Origin: a virus
Taxonomy: Duplodnaviria; Heunggongvirae; Uroviricota; Caudoviricetes
Strand: one strand, 5' to 3'
Virus record (IMG/VR): IMGVR_UViG_2695420651_000024
DNA: 42,748 bases
Shown: in pieces, positions 1 to 8,044 of the stretch
Layout of the letters: each line of letters opens with the position of its first letter
Position numbering within the stretch: the stretch's first letter is position 1
Position numbers and translations under genes: made by a program
Notes under the pieces: generated by a model
Database searches by the model: none
Seen by the model: the letters and a program-made list of their open reading frames with translations, nothing else
Told to the model about the DNA's origin: nothing

Positions 1-332
1 CCGCCAACAGGCTGGCTGAAATGCAACGGTGCGGCTTTTTCTGCTGAAGAATACCCGGAACTGGCAAAGGCTTACCCGACCAATAAATTGCCTGATTTAC
101 GCGGTGAATTTATTCGTGGCTGGGATGACGGTCGCGGGATTGATACTGGTCGCGCTTTGCTTAATTGGCAGCCACACACAATTTTGGACCATGCACACTA
201 TATGGAATTATGGACAGGGGACGGACTCGCCGCAGGAAGTGCACGGGAAGGAGTAAACCCAGGAATACTGGCTACATACGGTGACGGGGGAATAGTTAAA
301 ACGGACGAACCCGGTCTTAATGTGCCTTCCTC
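1..332. repeat. Inverted repeat, left copy (reverse complement of 3185..3516); runs to the window edge so the true length is unknown
   Basis: Bases 1..36 are the exact reverse complement of 3481..3516. The 75-aa shadow ORFs 29..256(+) and 3261..3488(-) are identical. Identity ends after ggtcttaatgtgccttcc at 332/3185. Confidence 0.85.
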
Positions 333-384
333 ACTACGAGCTCTCGTAGTGTTAAACGTTATGGTGAAATTAGTGAAAATGTAG
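1..384 (+). CDS. Tail fibre protein, C-terminal tail-collar domain (5' end outside window)
   Basis: Frame open from base 1: [48 protein letters not shown]...HTILDHAHY, identical to the C-terminal part of the 3160..3933 fibre. Followed by a tfa gene. Confidence 0.6.
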   Translation, partial: PPTGWLKCNGAAFSAEEYPELAKAYPTNKLPDLRGEFIRGWDDGRGIDTGRALLNWQPHTILDHAHYMELWTGDGLAAGSAREGVNPGILATYGDGGIVKTDEPGLNVPSSLRALVVLNVMVKLVKM

Positions 385-436
385 GTACAGAAACTCGTCC
401 TCGTAACATCGCTTTTAATTATATCGTAAGGGCCGC

Positions 437-1042
437 ATGATGAATAAAGCTGTATTAAATAGCGAACTCATCACCACAAAGGCGGGAGACATTACCGTTT
501 ACAATTATGATGGTGAGACACGGGAATATATTTCCACATCAACTGAATATCTTGCTGTGGGTGTCGGTATCCCGGCATGTTCCTGTTTAGATGCTCCTGG
601 CTCATATAAAGCTGGTTATGCAATTTGCCGTTCTGCAGATTTTAACTCATGGGAATATGTGCCAGACCATCGCGGTGAAACGGTCTATAGCACTGAAACA
701 GGAGAATCAAAAGAAATCACAGCTCCGGGTGATTACCCTGAAAATACAACCACTATCGCTCCATTAACGCCATACGATAAATGGGATGGTGAGAAATGGG
801 TGACCGATACTGAGGCACAGCATAGCGCAGCAGTCGAAGCGGCAGAAGCACAGCGTCAGTCACTGATTGATGCTGCAATGGCTTCCATTAGTCTGATTCA
901 ACTGAAATTACAGGCCGGGCGGAAGCTGACGCAGGCAGAAACAACCCGGCTTAACGCTGTGCTGGATTACATTGACGCGGTGACTGCAACAGATACCAGC
1001 ACCGCGCCGGATGTCATCTGGCCTGAACTGCCGGAGGCGTAG
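437..1042 (+). CDS. tfa: Tail fibre assembly protein (Tfa)
   Basis: 201 aa; typical Tfa C-terminus ...TAPDVIWPELPEA; directly downstream of the fibre gene. Confidence 0.75.
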   Translation: MMNKAVLNSELITTKAGDITVYNYDGETREYISTSTEYLAVGVGIPACSCLDAPGSYKAGYAICRSADFNSWEYVPDHRGETVYSTETGESKEITAPGDYPENTTTIAPLTPYDKWDGEKWVTDTEAQHSAAVEAAEAQRQSLIDAAMASISLIQLKLQAGRKLTQAETTRLNAVLDYIDAVTATDTSTAPDVIWPELPEA

Positions 1043-1433
1043 GCCATTCAATATCTGGAGCACTGGAGATATCAACCAGTTCCAGTGCGTCCAGATAATC
1101 CAGCCATAAATTATATTGTTCCAGCTCGTCACCTTTCAGACGACCAATAGCGGCTTTACCAGGCCATTGCCTGCTATTCATGTGCTCGTTGGCTTCATTA
1201 ATAAGTTTTCCTTTTTTCAACTCTGCCAATGCAATAAGGTTTTCTTTTGATAAAGGTGGTTGCTCTGTCAAAACCGGATATCCCTCCTGATTGCTGACTA
1301 TTTTCATGCCATTATCCTGACCATCCAGTAGTGACAGCCATTCATCCGTGGTTATCTCAACAGCATCTGAAGGTGCTTTATTTAAATCGGTAAAAAAACC
1401 ATTTTCTTTTTGTGAATAGAAGTATCTGTCCAT
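1014..1433 (-). CDS. Alternative tail fibre assembly protein (Tfa') of the invertible cassette
   Basis: 139 aa; C-terminal SSAPDIEWPTPP motif; convergent with tfa and overlapping its 3' end, as in e14 tfaP/tfaE and Mu U/U'. Confidence 0.7.
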   Translation of the reverse strand: MDRYFYSQKENGFFTDLNKAPSDAVEITTDEWLSLLDGQDNGMKIVSNQEGYPVLTEQPPLSKENLIALAELKKGKLINEANEHMNSRQWPGKAAIGRLKGDELEQYNLWLDYLDALELVDISSAPDIEWPTPPAVQAR

Positions 1434-1436
1434 TTA

Positions 1437-1784
1437 TCAATCTCCAAAAGCAATCCAGTAAGCAAAAGGATTTACTCCTTGCTCAGTCACAGATGACATC
1501 AGGGAAAATTGCGATGGTGAAACAGGTAATGCTGCAAAACTAACCATTGTTGACACACCTGACCGTGCATTATCGTACGATGCAACAACACAATAATTGG
1601 TATTGCTGAAAGATATCGGCAGGGTGATATTTACAGGTGAGCCTAATGGCCCTGATGCTGATATTCCCATTTGAATGATGGTTCCATCAGGCAATTTTCT
1701 CCAGCGATTAGAACTCGGATTTCTTTTCCAGGCTGACATATCCGGTATCTGATTTTCTCCTGTACCCACATCCCTTTTCGCCGC
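1437..1784 (-). CDS. Promoterless alternative tail-fibre C-terminal segment (Sv'-like), expressed only after inversion
   Basis: Open frame (track ORF 1437..1838) with no plausible own start; it begins at the crossover site next to the invertase, the arrangement seen in Mu G / e14 P segments. Confidence 0.5.
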   Translation of the reverse strand, partial: AAKRDVGTGENQIPDMSAWKRNPSSNRWRKLPDGTIIQMGISASGPLGSPVNITLPISFSNTNYCVVASYDNARSGVSTMVSFAALPVSPSQFSLMSSVTEQGVNPFAYWIAFGD

Positions 1785-1810
1785 TTCTCCCAAACCAACG
1801 TTTATGAAAA
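1785..1810. other. Putative Pin/Gin/Hin-type inversion crossover site
   Basis: TTCTCCCAAACCAACGTTTATGAAAA matches the hix/gix/pix pattern TTnnnnAAAACCnnGGTTTnnnnAA at most core positions; lies between the Sv' segment and the invertase gene. Confidence 0.45.
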
Positions 1811-1865
1811 TGCAGAGATAACGGGCAACTGGCATCATCTCCGGTTTTTATTCAGGGGATCCATC

Positions 1866-2419
1866 ATGCTTATTGGCTATGTACGCGTATCAACAAATGA
1901 CCAGAACACCGATCTGCAACGTAATGCACTGAACTGCGCGGGATGTGAGCGGTTTTTTGAGGATAAAATCAGTGGCACTAAGTCCGACAGACCGGGGCTT
2001 AAAAAACTGCTCAGGACACTATCGGCAGGAGACACTCTGGTTGTCTGGAAGCTGGACAGGTTGGGGCGCAGTATGCGGCATCTTGTTACGCTGATAGAAG
2101 AGTTGCGTCAGCGTGGCGTGAATTTCCGAAGCCTGACTGACAGTATTGATACCAGCACCCCAATGGCCGTTTCTTTTTTCATGTCATGGGTGCCCTGGCT
2201 GAAATGGAGCGTGAACTGATTGTTGAACGAACAAAAGCTGGACTGGAAGCTGCTCGCGCACAGGGACGAATTGGCGGTCGCCGTCCCAAACTTTCATCAG
2301 AACAATGGGCGCAGGCCGGGCGACTAATTGCATCAGGCGTTCCTCGCCAGAATGTGGAGATCATCTATGATGTTGGCGTATCGACTTTGTATAAGAAGTT
2401 TCCGGTCGGAGATAAATGA
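1866..2419 (+). pseudogene. pin: Serine DNA invertase (Pin/Gin/Hin family) disrupted by a frameshift
   Basis: N-terminal MLIGYVRVSTNDQNTDLQRNAL...VVWKLDRLGRSM (catalytic Ser region) in one frame (1866..2219); C-terminal GALAEMERELIVERTKAG...GRIGGRRPKL...YDVGVSTLYKK in the next frame (2186..2419). The switch is at about 2163..2170, within ccaatggccgtttc. Confidence 0.8.
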
Positions 2420-2499
2420 AACCGTAGCACGTCGTATGCAAGAACGTGCCACGGCTGGCTGATAAGCTTGTAAAAATATTGAACAGGGAGTGGAGCATT

Positions 2500-3147
2500 C
2501 TATGAAGCTAATTTGTTTAATTTCATTTGTAGTGACTTTACTTCTTGGTCGATAATGTCGAATCCCTTATTGACAGCATCTCTTAGCTCTGCATCAATAT
2601 TTTTTATCCCTTGAGCATAATCTACCATTACATTTATTTTTGCATCATGTAATCTCTTATACATGGTTTTATCTTTGTTATTGTCTGCCATGCCAATAAG
2701 GATTTTTTCATAATCCTCAATGAGTTTGTTGTTTCCTTTAAATGATTGTATTAATGAGCGTGAATATGTGTATATGTTAATTATTGAGTCTCTAGCAGAA
2801 TCATTTAGTTTTGCAATGACATTCGCATTTTGCTCATAGAATGTGAAATTATCATCCCCTACAGGGAATGTGAGAATCAACATTTGTCCCGGTTTTATAT
2901 TATCAATGTGTGTTTTCATCCTTTTATTATATAAATTGATTAGGGTGAAAACTTCTCCCTTAACTCCTTTTAATACTGAAAGTTGTAATTCAAGGGATTC
3001 TCTTTCTGTCTCTACTTTAGACAGCTTAGCTTGTTGGGTAACTCCTTTTAGGGTAAACCATCCGCCAATAAGAGTACCAACTAGAGCTGTGAGGGAGGAG
3101 GATAACCATCCAGGTATGCTATTTAAAAGATTACTAAATTCACTCAT
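2500..3147 (-). CDS. Hypothetical membrane-anchored coiled-coil protein on a low-GC insert
   Basis: 215 aa; one N-terminal TM helix (LLNSIPGWLSSSLTALVGTLIGGWFTL) then K/E/N-rich helical region; DNA visibly AT-rich compared with flanks; sits where a tfa gene would normally follow the fibre gene. Confidence 0.5.
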   Translation of the reverse strand: MSEFSNLLNSIPGWLSSSLTALVGTLIGGWFTLKGVTQQAKLSKVETERESLELQLSVLKGVKGEVFTLINLYNKRMKTHIDNIKPGQMLILTFPVGDDNFTFYEQNANVIAKLNDSARDSIINIYTYSRSLIQSFKGNNKLIEDYEKILIGMADNNKDKTMYKRLHDAKINVMVDYAQGIKNIDAELRDAVNKGFDIIDQEVKSLQMKLNKLAS

Positions 3148-3159
3148 TATAAGTACTCG

Positions 3160-3933
3160 CTAATATTGAACGATATATATATCAGAGGAAGGCACATTAA
3201 GACCGGGTTCGTCCGTTTTAACTATTCCCCCGTCACCGTATGTAGCCAGTATTCCTGGGTTTACTCCTTCCCGTGCACTTCCTGCGGCGAGTCCGTCCCC
3301 TGTCCATAATTCCATATAGTGTGCATGGTCCAAAATTGTGTGTGGCTGCCAATTAAGCAAAGCGCGACCAGTATCAATCCCGCGACCGTCATCCCAGCCA
3401 CGAATAAATTCACCGCGTAAATCAGGCAATTTATTGGTCGGGTAAGCCTTTGCCAGTTCCGGGTATTCTTCAGCAGAAAAAGCCGCACCGTTGCATTTCA
3501 GCCAGCCTGTTGGCGGTGTGACTGAAGGCCACGGAACAGGCACACCAACAGGTAATGCAGAACCTTCTCCCAAACCAAGGTTTTCGAGAGCCGTTTGCAC
3601 AGTGCCATCCGATTTGATATCGCCAAACGGATTCTTGCGGCTCAGGTATTCAACAGCAAACCCCGATCCCAGCAATTCAACAAAACCGGGCAGATCACCA
3701 TTATCAAGCACATCCCGTTGCGTTTTGTCACTTACAAACTGGGCCAGAGCTGCAGCAATAAAGCTGGCCTGTCGAATGGCTTTGTTCACCTGCGCACTGG
3801 ATGCTTTCCCTGCTGTAAATCCGGATAAAAGCGCAGGCAACGCTTCCCATTCCTCCTGCGACATAACATTGGCATTTCGATCAGTTGCAAACGCTTTAAA
3901 GTCATTTTTCGCCATCAGAGTAATACTCCCCAT
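3160..3933 (-). CDS. Tail fibre protein with tail-collar C-terminal domain
   Basis: 257 aa; last gene of the baseplate operon; C-terminal ~110 aa identical to the left-edge fibre fragment (inverted repeat). Confidence 0.7.
   Translation of the reverse strand: MGSITLMAKNDFKAFATDRNANVMSQEEWEALPALLSGFTAGKASSAQVNKAIRQASFIAAALAQFVSDKTQRDVLDNGDLPGFVELLGSGFAVEYLSRKNPFGDIKSDGTVQTALENLGLGEGSALPVGVPVPWPSVTPPTGWLKCNGAAFSAEEYPELAKAYPTNKLPDLRGEFIRGWDDGRGIDTGRALLNWQPHTILDHAHYMELWTGDGLAAGSAREGVNPGILATYGDGGIVKTDEPGLNVPSSDIYIVQY
3185..3516. repeat. Inverted repeat, right copy (reverse complement of 1..332)
   Basis: See left copy; the identical sequence encodes the C-terminal domain of the 3160..3933 fibre. 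Confidence 0.85.
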
Positions 3934-4595
3934 GCTCCTACATCAAAACCACTGATGAATTCGTTATCCATATCAAAACCAAAAAATTTTGAGCCTTCCG
4001 ATGGGGTTTCCACCGAAGGAGTTTCAATGCCCCCCGCCCATACCCCGGCGGCTTTTACTGTGAGATACCCCTGTTTAATTGCCGCAATTAACTCACGCGA
4101 TACATCTGAAATATCAGTATCAGGAAAGACCCAGACCGATATCGTCATGTCCTGGTTATCGACTATCTGCATTCGCAGCCCGGATCCTGCTGTTGCCGCG
4201 TCAAGAATTGCCGGAAGCGAATCATTCCGTCCGTCCCAGTTATTAATCGCAATCTTCGCTTTAAGGATGACACGATAAGTTTCATCGCTGAGGTACATGT
4301 ATCCGGAATCAGGATCGTATGGTCCCTGCCATACACCCTGATCATATCCAAGCCCGTCGGTATCCCAGCTGAAATAAACACCTGAGATAGGCTGGCTGAC
4401 AACACGGCTACGTCCGATCCACAATCCCAGAATGTCAAGTTGCACACCAACCGCAGAGTCAATATCAAATGCAGTAATCAGCCCTCTGGTGGCCGCCGCA
4501 ACATCAATAAGCGGCCGGGTCATCAGATCAACATGTGCAAGAAATTTAGGTTTGGTGGCGTGGTAGTTCGTGATTAGTTCGGTGTATTTGCTCAT
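3915..4595 (-). CDS. Baseplate/tail-fibre-proximal protein (Mu gp48-like, DUF2313-type)
   Basis: 226 aa; immediately upstream of the fibre and downstream of the baseplate J-like gene; family assignment from memory. Confidence 0.5.
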   Translation of the reverse strand: MSKYTELITNYHATKPKFLAHVDLMTRPLIDVAAATRGLITAFDIDSAVGVQLDILGLWIGRSRVVSQPISGVYFSWDTDGLGYDQGVWQGPYDPDSGYMYLSDETYRVILKAKIAINNWDGRNDSLPAILDAATAGSGLRMQIVDNQDMTISVWVFPDTDISDVSRELIAAIKQGYLTVKAAGVWAGGIETPSVETPSEGSKFFGFDMDNEFISGFDVGAWGVLL

Positions 4596-5791
4596 GACTC
4601 CACCGTTATAACGATATTTTCCGGGGTACAGGACGCAGATTCGTTGTATCTGATATCAATGTTTGATGACGACAAAGCCCCCGGAGATTTCCCAATCGTC
4701 AGTTCCTGAATATCGTAATAGCGTGCATTCCCGCCACTCACCACGCCAAGATTCGCCGGTGAGTAAATGCGACTTAAAAGGACCGAATCACCAATCATCA
4801 GACTATTGATATAGTCGGAAATAGCCTGCTGGATCTGCTGCCCTATCTGTGAGGTATAACCCGTAAAAACTTTTAATTTAATCCGGGCATAAACAGGCAC
4901 ATCACTGGAACGCGAGAATTTGATTACATGGGGATTGCCGTATTTATCCGGAACCGTAACGGATGTTGTACCGTGAGTGGCTGTCCCCTGGCCTTTATTC
5001 CCTCTGATAGCCTGAGCAATATCCATCACATCACCGCCATCCACAATTACAGCAACAGAGTGTGGCGGTAACCCGTTACCGTCCTCCGAACCAGTATCGT
5101 TTTCATAGAGTTTGTGGCGGGTTACACCGGTAACATTAGAAACAGCACCATCCAGTGCTTCAAATGGGGTTATTGATGGCAACGCAACACTTTGCGACTG
5201 GCGGATACGTAACTCCGCATCAGTTTCTGCCGGAGAGCCAACAGTAGCCGCAGCAGGATTAGTTACCGAAACCCAGCCACGGGTTGGCGTATTAATTTCA
5301 GTGATAGTTCCAGCCAGCGCCGCCACTGCACCACTGACGGAACATGTTGCGGTCGCCATCACTGTACCATCCACGCCGACCACCACTGAAGCAGGCAAAC
5401 GCCATATCACACTATTACTGTCTTTCACGCTGCCATTAATGATGGTTGTTCCGGCAGTTCCTGTAAGAAGCAAATCAACCGTAGAATTCGTCGCGCCTTT
5501 ACGTGAAATACCATTTATTTTCACGTTACTGGTCAGTGCGGCCCCATAGCCGGTTGCCGGTGAAAAACAGTTGTAGACAGTTATCGCAGTATTATTGGCA
5601 TCATGAATCGCCAGCGCCATCAGAGCCACCATCTGGCCGTCTTTACTATCCGGTTCGAGGTAGGCATCACTGCCATAAATCTGCTGAAAATAGCTAATCA
5701 GGGTGCTGAGTATCGTCTGATAATCAGGCGCACTGATCCCCTCCGCGGTTACCTTTGCAGATAAACCGAGAGAATCAAGGTTCAGAGCCAT
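4592..5791 (-). CDS. Baseplate J-like protein (Mu gp47-like)
   Basis: 399 aa; position and size in a conserved gp45-46-47-48 order. Confidence 0.6.
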   Translation of the reverse strand: MALNLDSLGLSAKVTAEGISAPDYQTILSTLISYFQQIYGSDAYLEPDSKDGQMVALMALAIHDANNTAITVYNCFSPATGYGAALTSNVKINGISRKGATNSTVDLLLTGTAGTTIINGSVKDSNSVIWRLPASVVVGVDGTVMATATCSVSGAVAALAGTITEINTPTRGWVSVTNPAAATVGSPAETDAELRIRQSQSVALPSITPFEALDGAVSNVTGVTRHKLYENDTGSEDGNGLPPHSVAVIVDGGDVMDIAQAIRGNKGQGTATHGTTSVTVPDKYGNPHVIKFSRSSDVPVYARIKLKVFTGYTSQIGQQIQQAISDYINSLMIGDSVLLSRIYSPANLGVVSGGNARYYDIQELTIGKSPGALSSSNIDIRYNESASCTPENIVITVES

Positions 5792-6144
5792 TACGCCTCC
5801 GATTTAACAGTCGTTATTCCATAGAGAGTGTCGATTTCAGCGGAAAACATGACACGTCGGGTCGTGGTATCCACCGTCGTATTGAAAGAGAGGATTGATT
5901 TAACGCCCCGCGTTTCGAGGATGCGCTTACGGATCGCCAGGTTGTAGGTTTCCGGCTTCTGCTTACCGAGCACAGACTGGATCCACGGGGTCCCTTCGGT
6001 GGTGTCGAGAAACCATTGCCCATACCACAATTCAAATCGCGTTTTTACCGCCTGCGCCACGGCCTCCGGTGAGTTAATCAGCCAGGTGTCATCACCGCTG
6101 CCAAAGGTGTAATCGCCATCGGCGTCTTCACGTCTGTATCGCAT
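5791..6144 (-). CDS. Baseplate protein, GpW/gp25-like (Mu gp46-like)
   Basis: 117 aa; start overlaps the stop of the upstream gene; conserved position. Confidence 0.5.
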   Translation of the reverse strand: MRYRREDADGDYTFGSGDDTWLINSPEAVAQAVKTRFELWYGQWFLDTTEGTPWIQSVLGKQKPETYNLAIRKRILETRGVKSILSFNTTVDTTTRRVMFSAEIDTLYGITTVKSEA

Positions 6145-6896
6145 CAGTTTACCCTATCGGTATTGCTTCCACCGCGCTGAACACCGCCATGAGTGTGCGT
6201 ATCATCGATTGGCTTGCCGTTAGCCTTCACGCTCCCCAAAAACTCAACAGCACCAGTGATTTTTGAAGCCACACCAGAAACCACAGACCCCACCATGCCC
6301 CCCATCCAGGTTAACAGGCCATGAATGGTTACTTTCTCAGAAAAATCAGCCAGAGGGGCAACCACATCAAGACCACCCGGAGCGACAATTTTAATTTTCC
6401 TGGTATCAGGATTAAGCTCAAAATAGGTGCTGCCGTCATCACTACGCAACTGTGTGGCACTGGTATTAATACCGCTAATCCTCCTTGCCTGCGACTGGGG
6501 ACCGACAATACAAAACGCATCCGATAAATCATGCATTCTGTCATCGACCGTCTCCTGTATCCCGCCACTCTGCCACCAGAAATCGATGCAGCGATCGGCA
6601 AAAATCACCAGGCATTCATCGCCGGCTTTTACCGGGAAAGTTAACGTGCAGCCGCCGCCGCGCGGAAATACCACCGGCACATCCACCAGCAGCGGGTAAT
6701 TTTTGGTTACGCGGTTGCCGTCGTTGTCGGTTTCAACCGAACGAATAGCAGGCTGCACAACCGCCGTCACCGCGTCAGGATCGAATGACTGAACGATGCC
6801 AGGCAAAGCGACGCGGATCTGGTTCTTTGTGGTTTCCCGCTCGGATTTGAATGTTTCGGCAAGGTCGCCGCTACGAGTCTGGTCTGATATGGCCAT
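6144..6896 (-). CDS. Baseplate spike/assembly protein (Mu gp45-like)
   Basis: Start taken at the internal ATG at 6896, which has AGGAG 7 nt upstream (product MAISDQTRSGD...); PGIVQSFDP...VVFP...GDECLVIF...RCIDFWW resembles the gp45/gp138 N-terminal domain. Confidence 0.6.
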   Translation of the reverse strand: MAISDQTRSGDLAETFKSERETTKNQIRVALPGIVQSFDPDAVTAVVQPAIRSVETDNDGNRVTKNYPLLVDVPVVFPRGGGCTLTFPVKAGDECLVIFADRCIDFWWQSGGIQETVDDRMHDLSDAFCIVGPQSQARRISGINTSATQLRSDDGSTYFELNPDTRKIKIVAPGGLDVVAPLADFSEKVTIHGLLTWMGGMVGSVVSGVASKITGAVEFLGSVKANGKPIDDTHTHGGVQRGGSNTDRVN

Positions 6897-6910
6897 TTGA
6901 TAAACTCCTG

Positions 6911-6938
6911 AAAACAAAAAACCCGCCAAGTGGCGGGT
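6911..6938 (-). terminator. Rho-independent terminator closing the baseplate moron operon
   Basis: Minus strand reads ACCCGCC-ACTT-GGCGGGT followed by TTTTTGTTTT, immediately upstream of the RBS of the gp45-like gene. Confidence 0.6.
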
Positions 6939-6958
6939 CTACAGGAACAACTCTAAGT

Positions 6959-7129
6959 TTATTTTTTCTGTTTAAAATTGTCCAACTCAGGTTCTTTAAC
7001 GCTTTCTGTCATGTAATCCAATCCACCAAAAGGTACTTCAAGCATTATACTGCTTTCATAATCAGCCATGGATTGCTCTGCTTGCGTTGGCTTGCTTTGC
7101 TGTGAGTTGTCATTATTTGATGTTGTCAT
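6959..7129 (-). CDS. Small acidic hypothetical protein (56 aa), translationally coupled to the membrane protein gene
   Basis: Hand translation: MTTSNNDNSQQSKPTQAEQSMADYESSIMLEVPFGGLDYMTESVKEPELDNFKQKK; ATG 3 nt after the upstream TAG; below the 60-aa track cutoff. Confidence 0.35.
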   Translation of the reverse strand: MTTSNNDNSQQSKPTQAEQSMADYESSIMLEVPFGGLDYMTESVKEPELDNFKQKK

Positions 7130-7132
7130 CAA

Positions 7133-7687
7133 CTATGCCTTATTTATCAAAAGAAAAGTAACCGATAATATGAAAAAACCGAAAGATAACGCAATTCCTT
7201 CAAAAAGATAACGAGCGTAAACTGCCTTTTCTTTATGAAGACTTTCGATCAATTCAACAGCTTTACCATACTGAAACATATGGTATCTAAGCGTTTTAAT
7301 TTTATCACCGTAAAATAAAAAATCATGCTCTTCTTTTCGCTTATGAATAGGCATTTTTGGTATATCTTTCAGTCCCCAAGTACGCCATAGGAAAAAAAAG
7401 CACATAACAATACAAACAAAGCACAGATATGCACAAAGTATAGATAATGTTAAAAACCAATTACTCTTTAGCCCACTTTTGAAATCAACAGTCCCAAATA
7501 CAGCCAGTAGAGCAGAGGTTTCTACAGCTAAAATAGCAAGAAGGTAGTTAACTTTGTCCTCAAGACGACGATATGTTGATTTTGCTTCCTCATATCTATC
7601 TTTATAATATGACGAAATAAAATCAGCGCCTATAGTCTCAATTGCCTTTTGTTCTTCTGTTGTATCTATTGACGAACGCTTGCTCAT
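7133..7687 (-). CDS. Hypothetical multi-pass inner-membrane protein on a low-GC insert
   Basis: 184 aa; about 45-aa soluble N-terminus, two adjacent TM helices, ~60-aa loop, C-terminal TM; strongly AT-rich DNA. Confidence 0.55.
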   Translation of the reverse strand: MSKRSSIDTTEEQKAIETIGADFISSYYKDRYEEAKSTYRRLEDKVNYLLAILAVETSALLAVFGTVDFKSGLKSNWFLTLSILCAYLCFVCIVMCFFFLWRTWGLKDIPKMPIHKRKEEHDFLFYGDKIKTLRYHMFQYGKAVELIESLHKEKAVYARYLFEGIALSFGFFILSVTFLLINKA

Positions 7688-7694
7688 TTCTCAA

Positions 7695-8042
7695 TCAACC
7701 AACAACTTTCTTACACGGGAAAGAGCCAATAATTTTCGGAGCATCCATGCTGTTCTGCAACAACTGGACGTTCAGGAAACGCGTTTTAGTGCCAGGTCGA
7801 TGGATATACTCGAACCCATAATTGTTGCCATCTTTGGCAGGCATCAGGTCCATTTTGATCTGCATGCCTGTACCGTCTTTACCCAACATTTTTACTTTTT
7901 GGGACGTTACTGTTTCGCCATTGATTTTAAATAATGAATCAGGGATCGCATCCATACGAAAGTTGCCGCATTGCATCGTTATGGTGTTTGCACTTACACC
8001 AACAGACACTAATGCCAGCAATGAAAATATCCATCGTTTCAT
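7695..8042 (-). CDS. Hypothetical secreted (periplasmic) protein with Sec signal peptide
   Basis: Start at internal ATG 8042 with GAGAGG RBS; MKRWIFSLLALVSVGVSA / NTITMQCG...; two Cys in the mature part; GC lower than flanking structural genes. Confidence 0.55.
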   Translation of the reverse strand: MKRWIFSLLALVSVGVSANTITMQCGNFRMDAIPDSLFKINGETVTSQKVKMLGKDGTGMQIKMDLMPAKDGNNYGFEYIHRPGTKTRFLNVQLLQNSMDAPKIIGSFPCKKVVG

Positions 8043-8044
8043 TT

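Noticed and set aside
29-256. Identical 75-aa ORFs at 29..256 (+) and 3261..3488 (-)
   Set aside because: They lie in an alternative frame inside the tail-fibre coding sequence of each inverted-repeat copy; they are shadow ORFs that simply reflect the repeat.
301-330. A second invertase crossover site near GAACCCGGTCTT, at the inner end of the inverted repeat
   Set aside because: The match to the AAACC-nn-GGTTT core is poor, and a crossover here would leave only 8-17 codons of variable fibre tip, which is not plausible. The true partner site is more likely upstream of the window.
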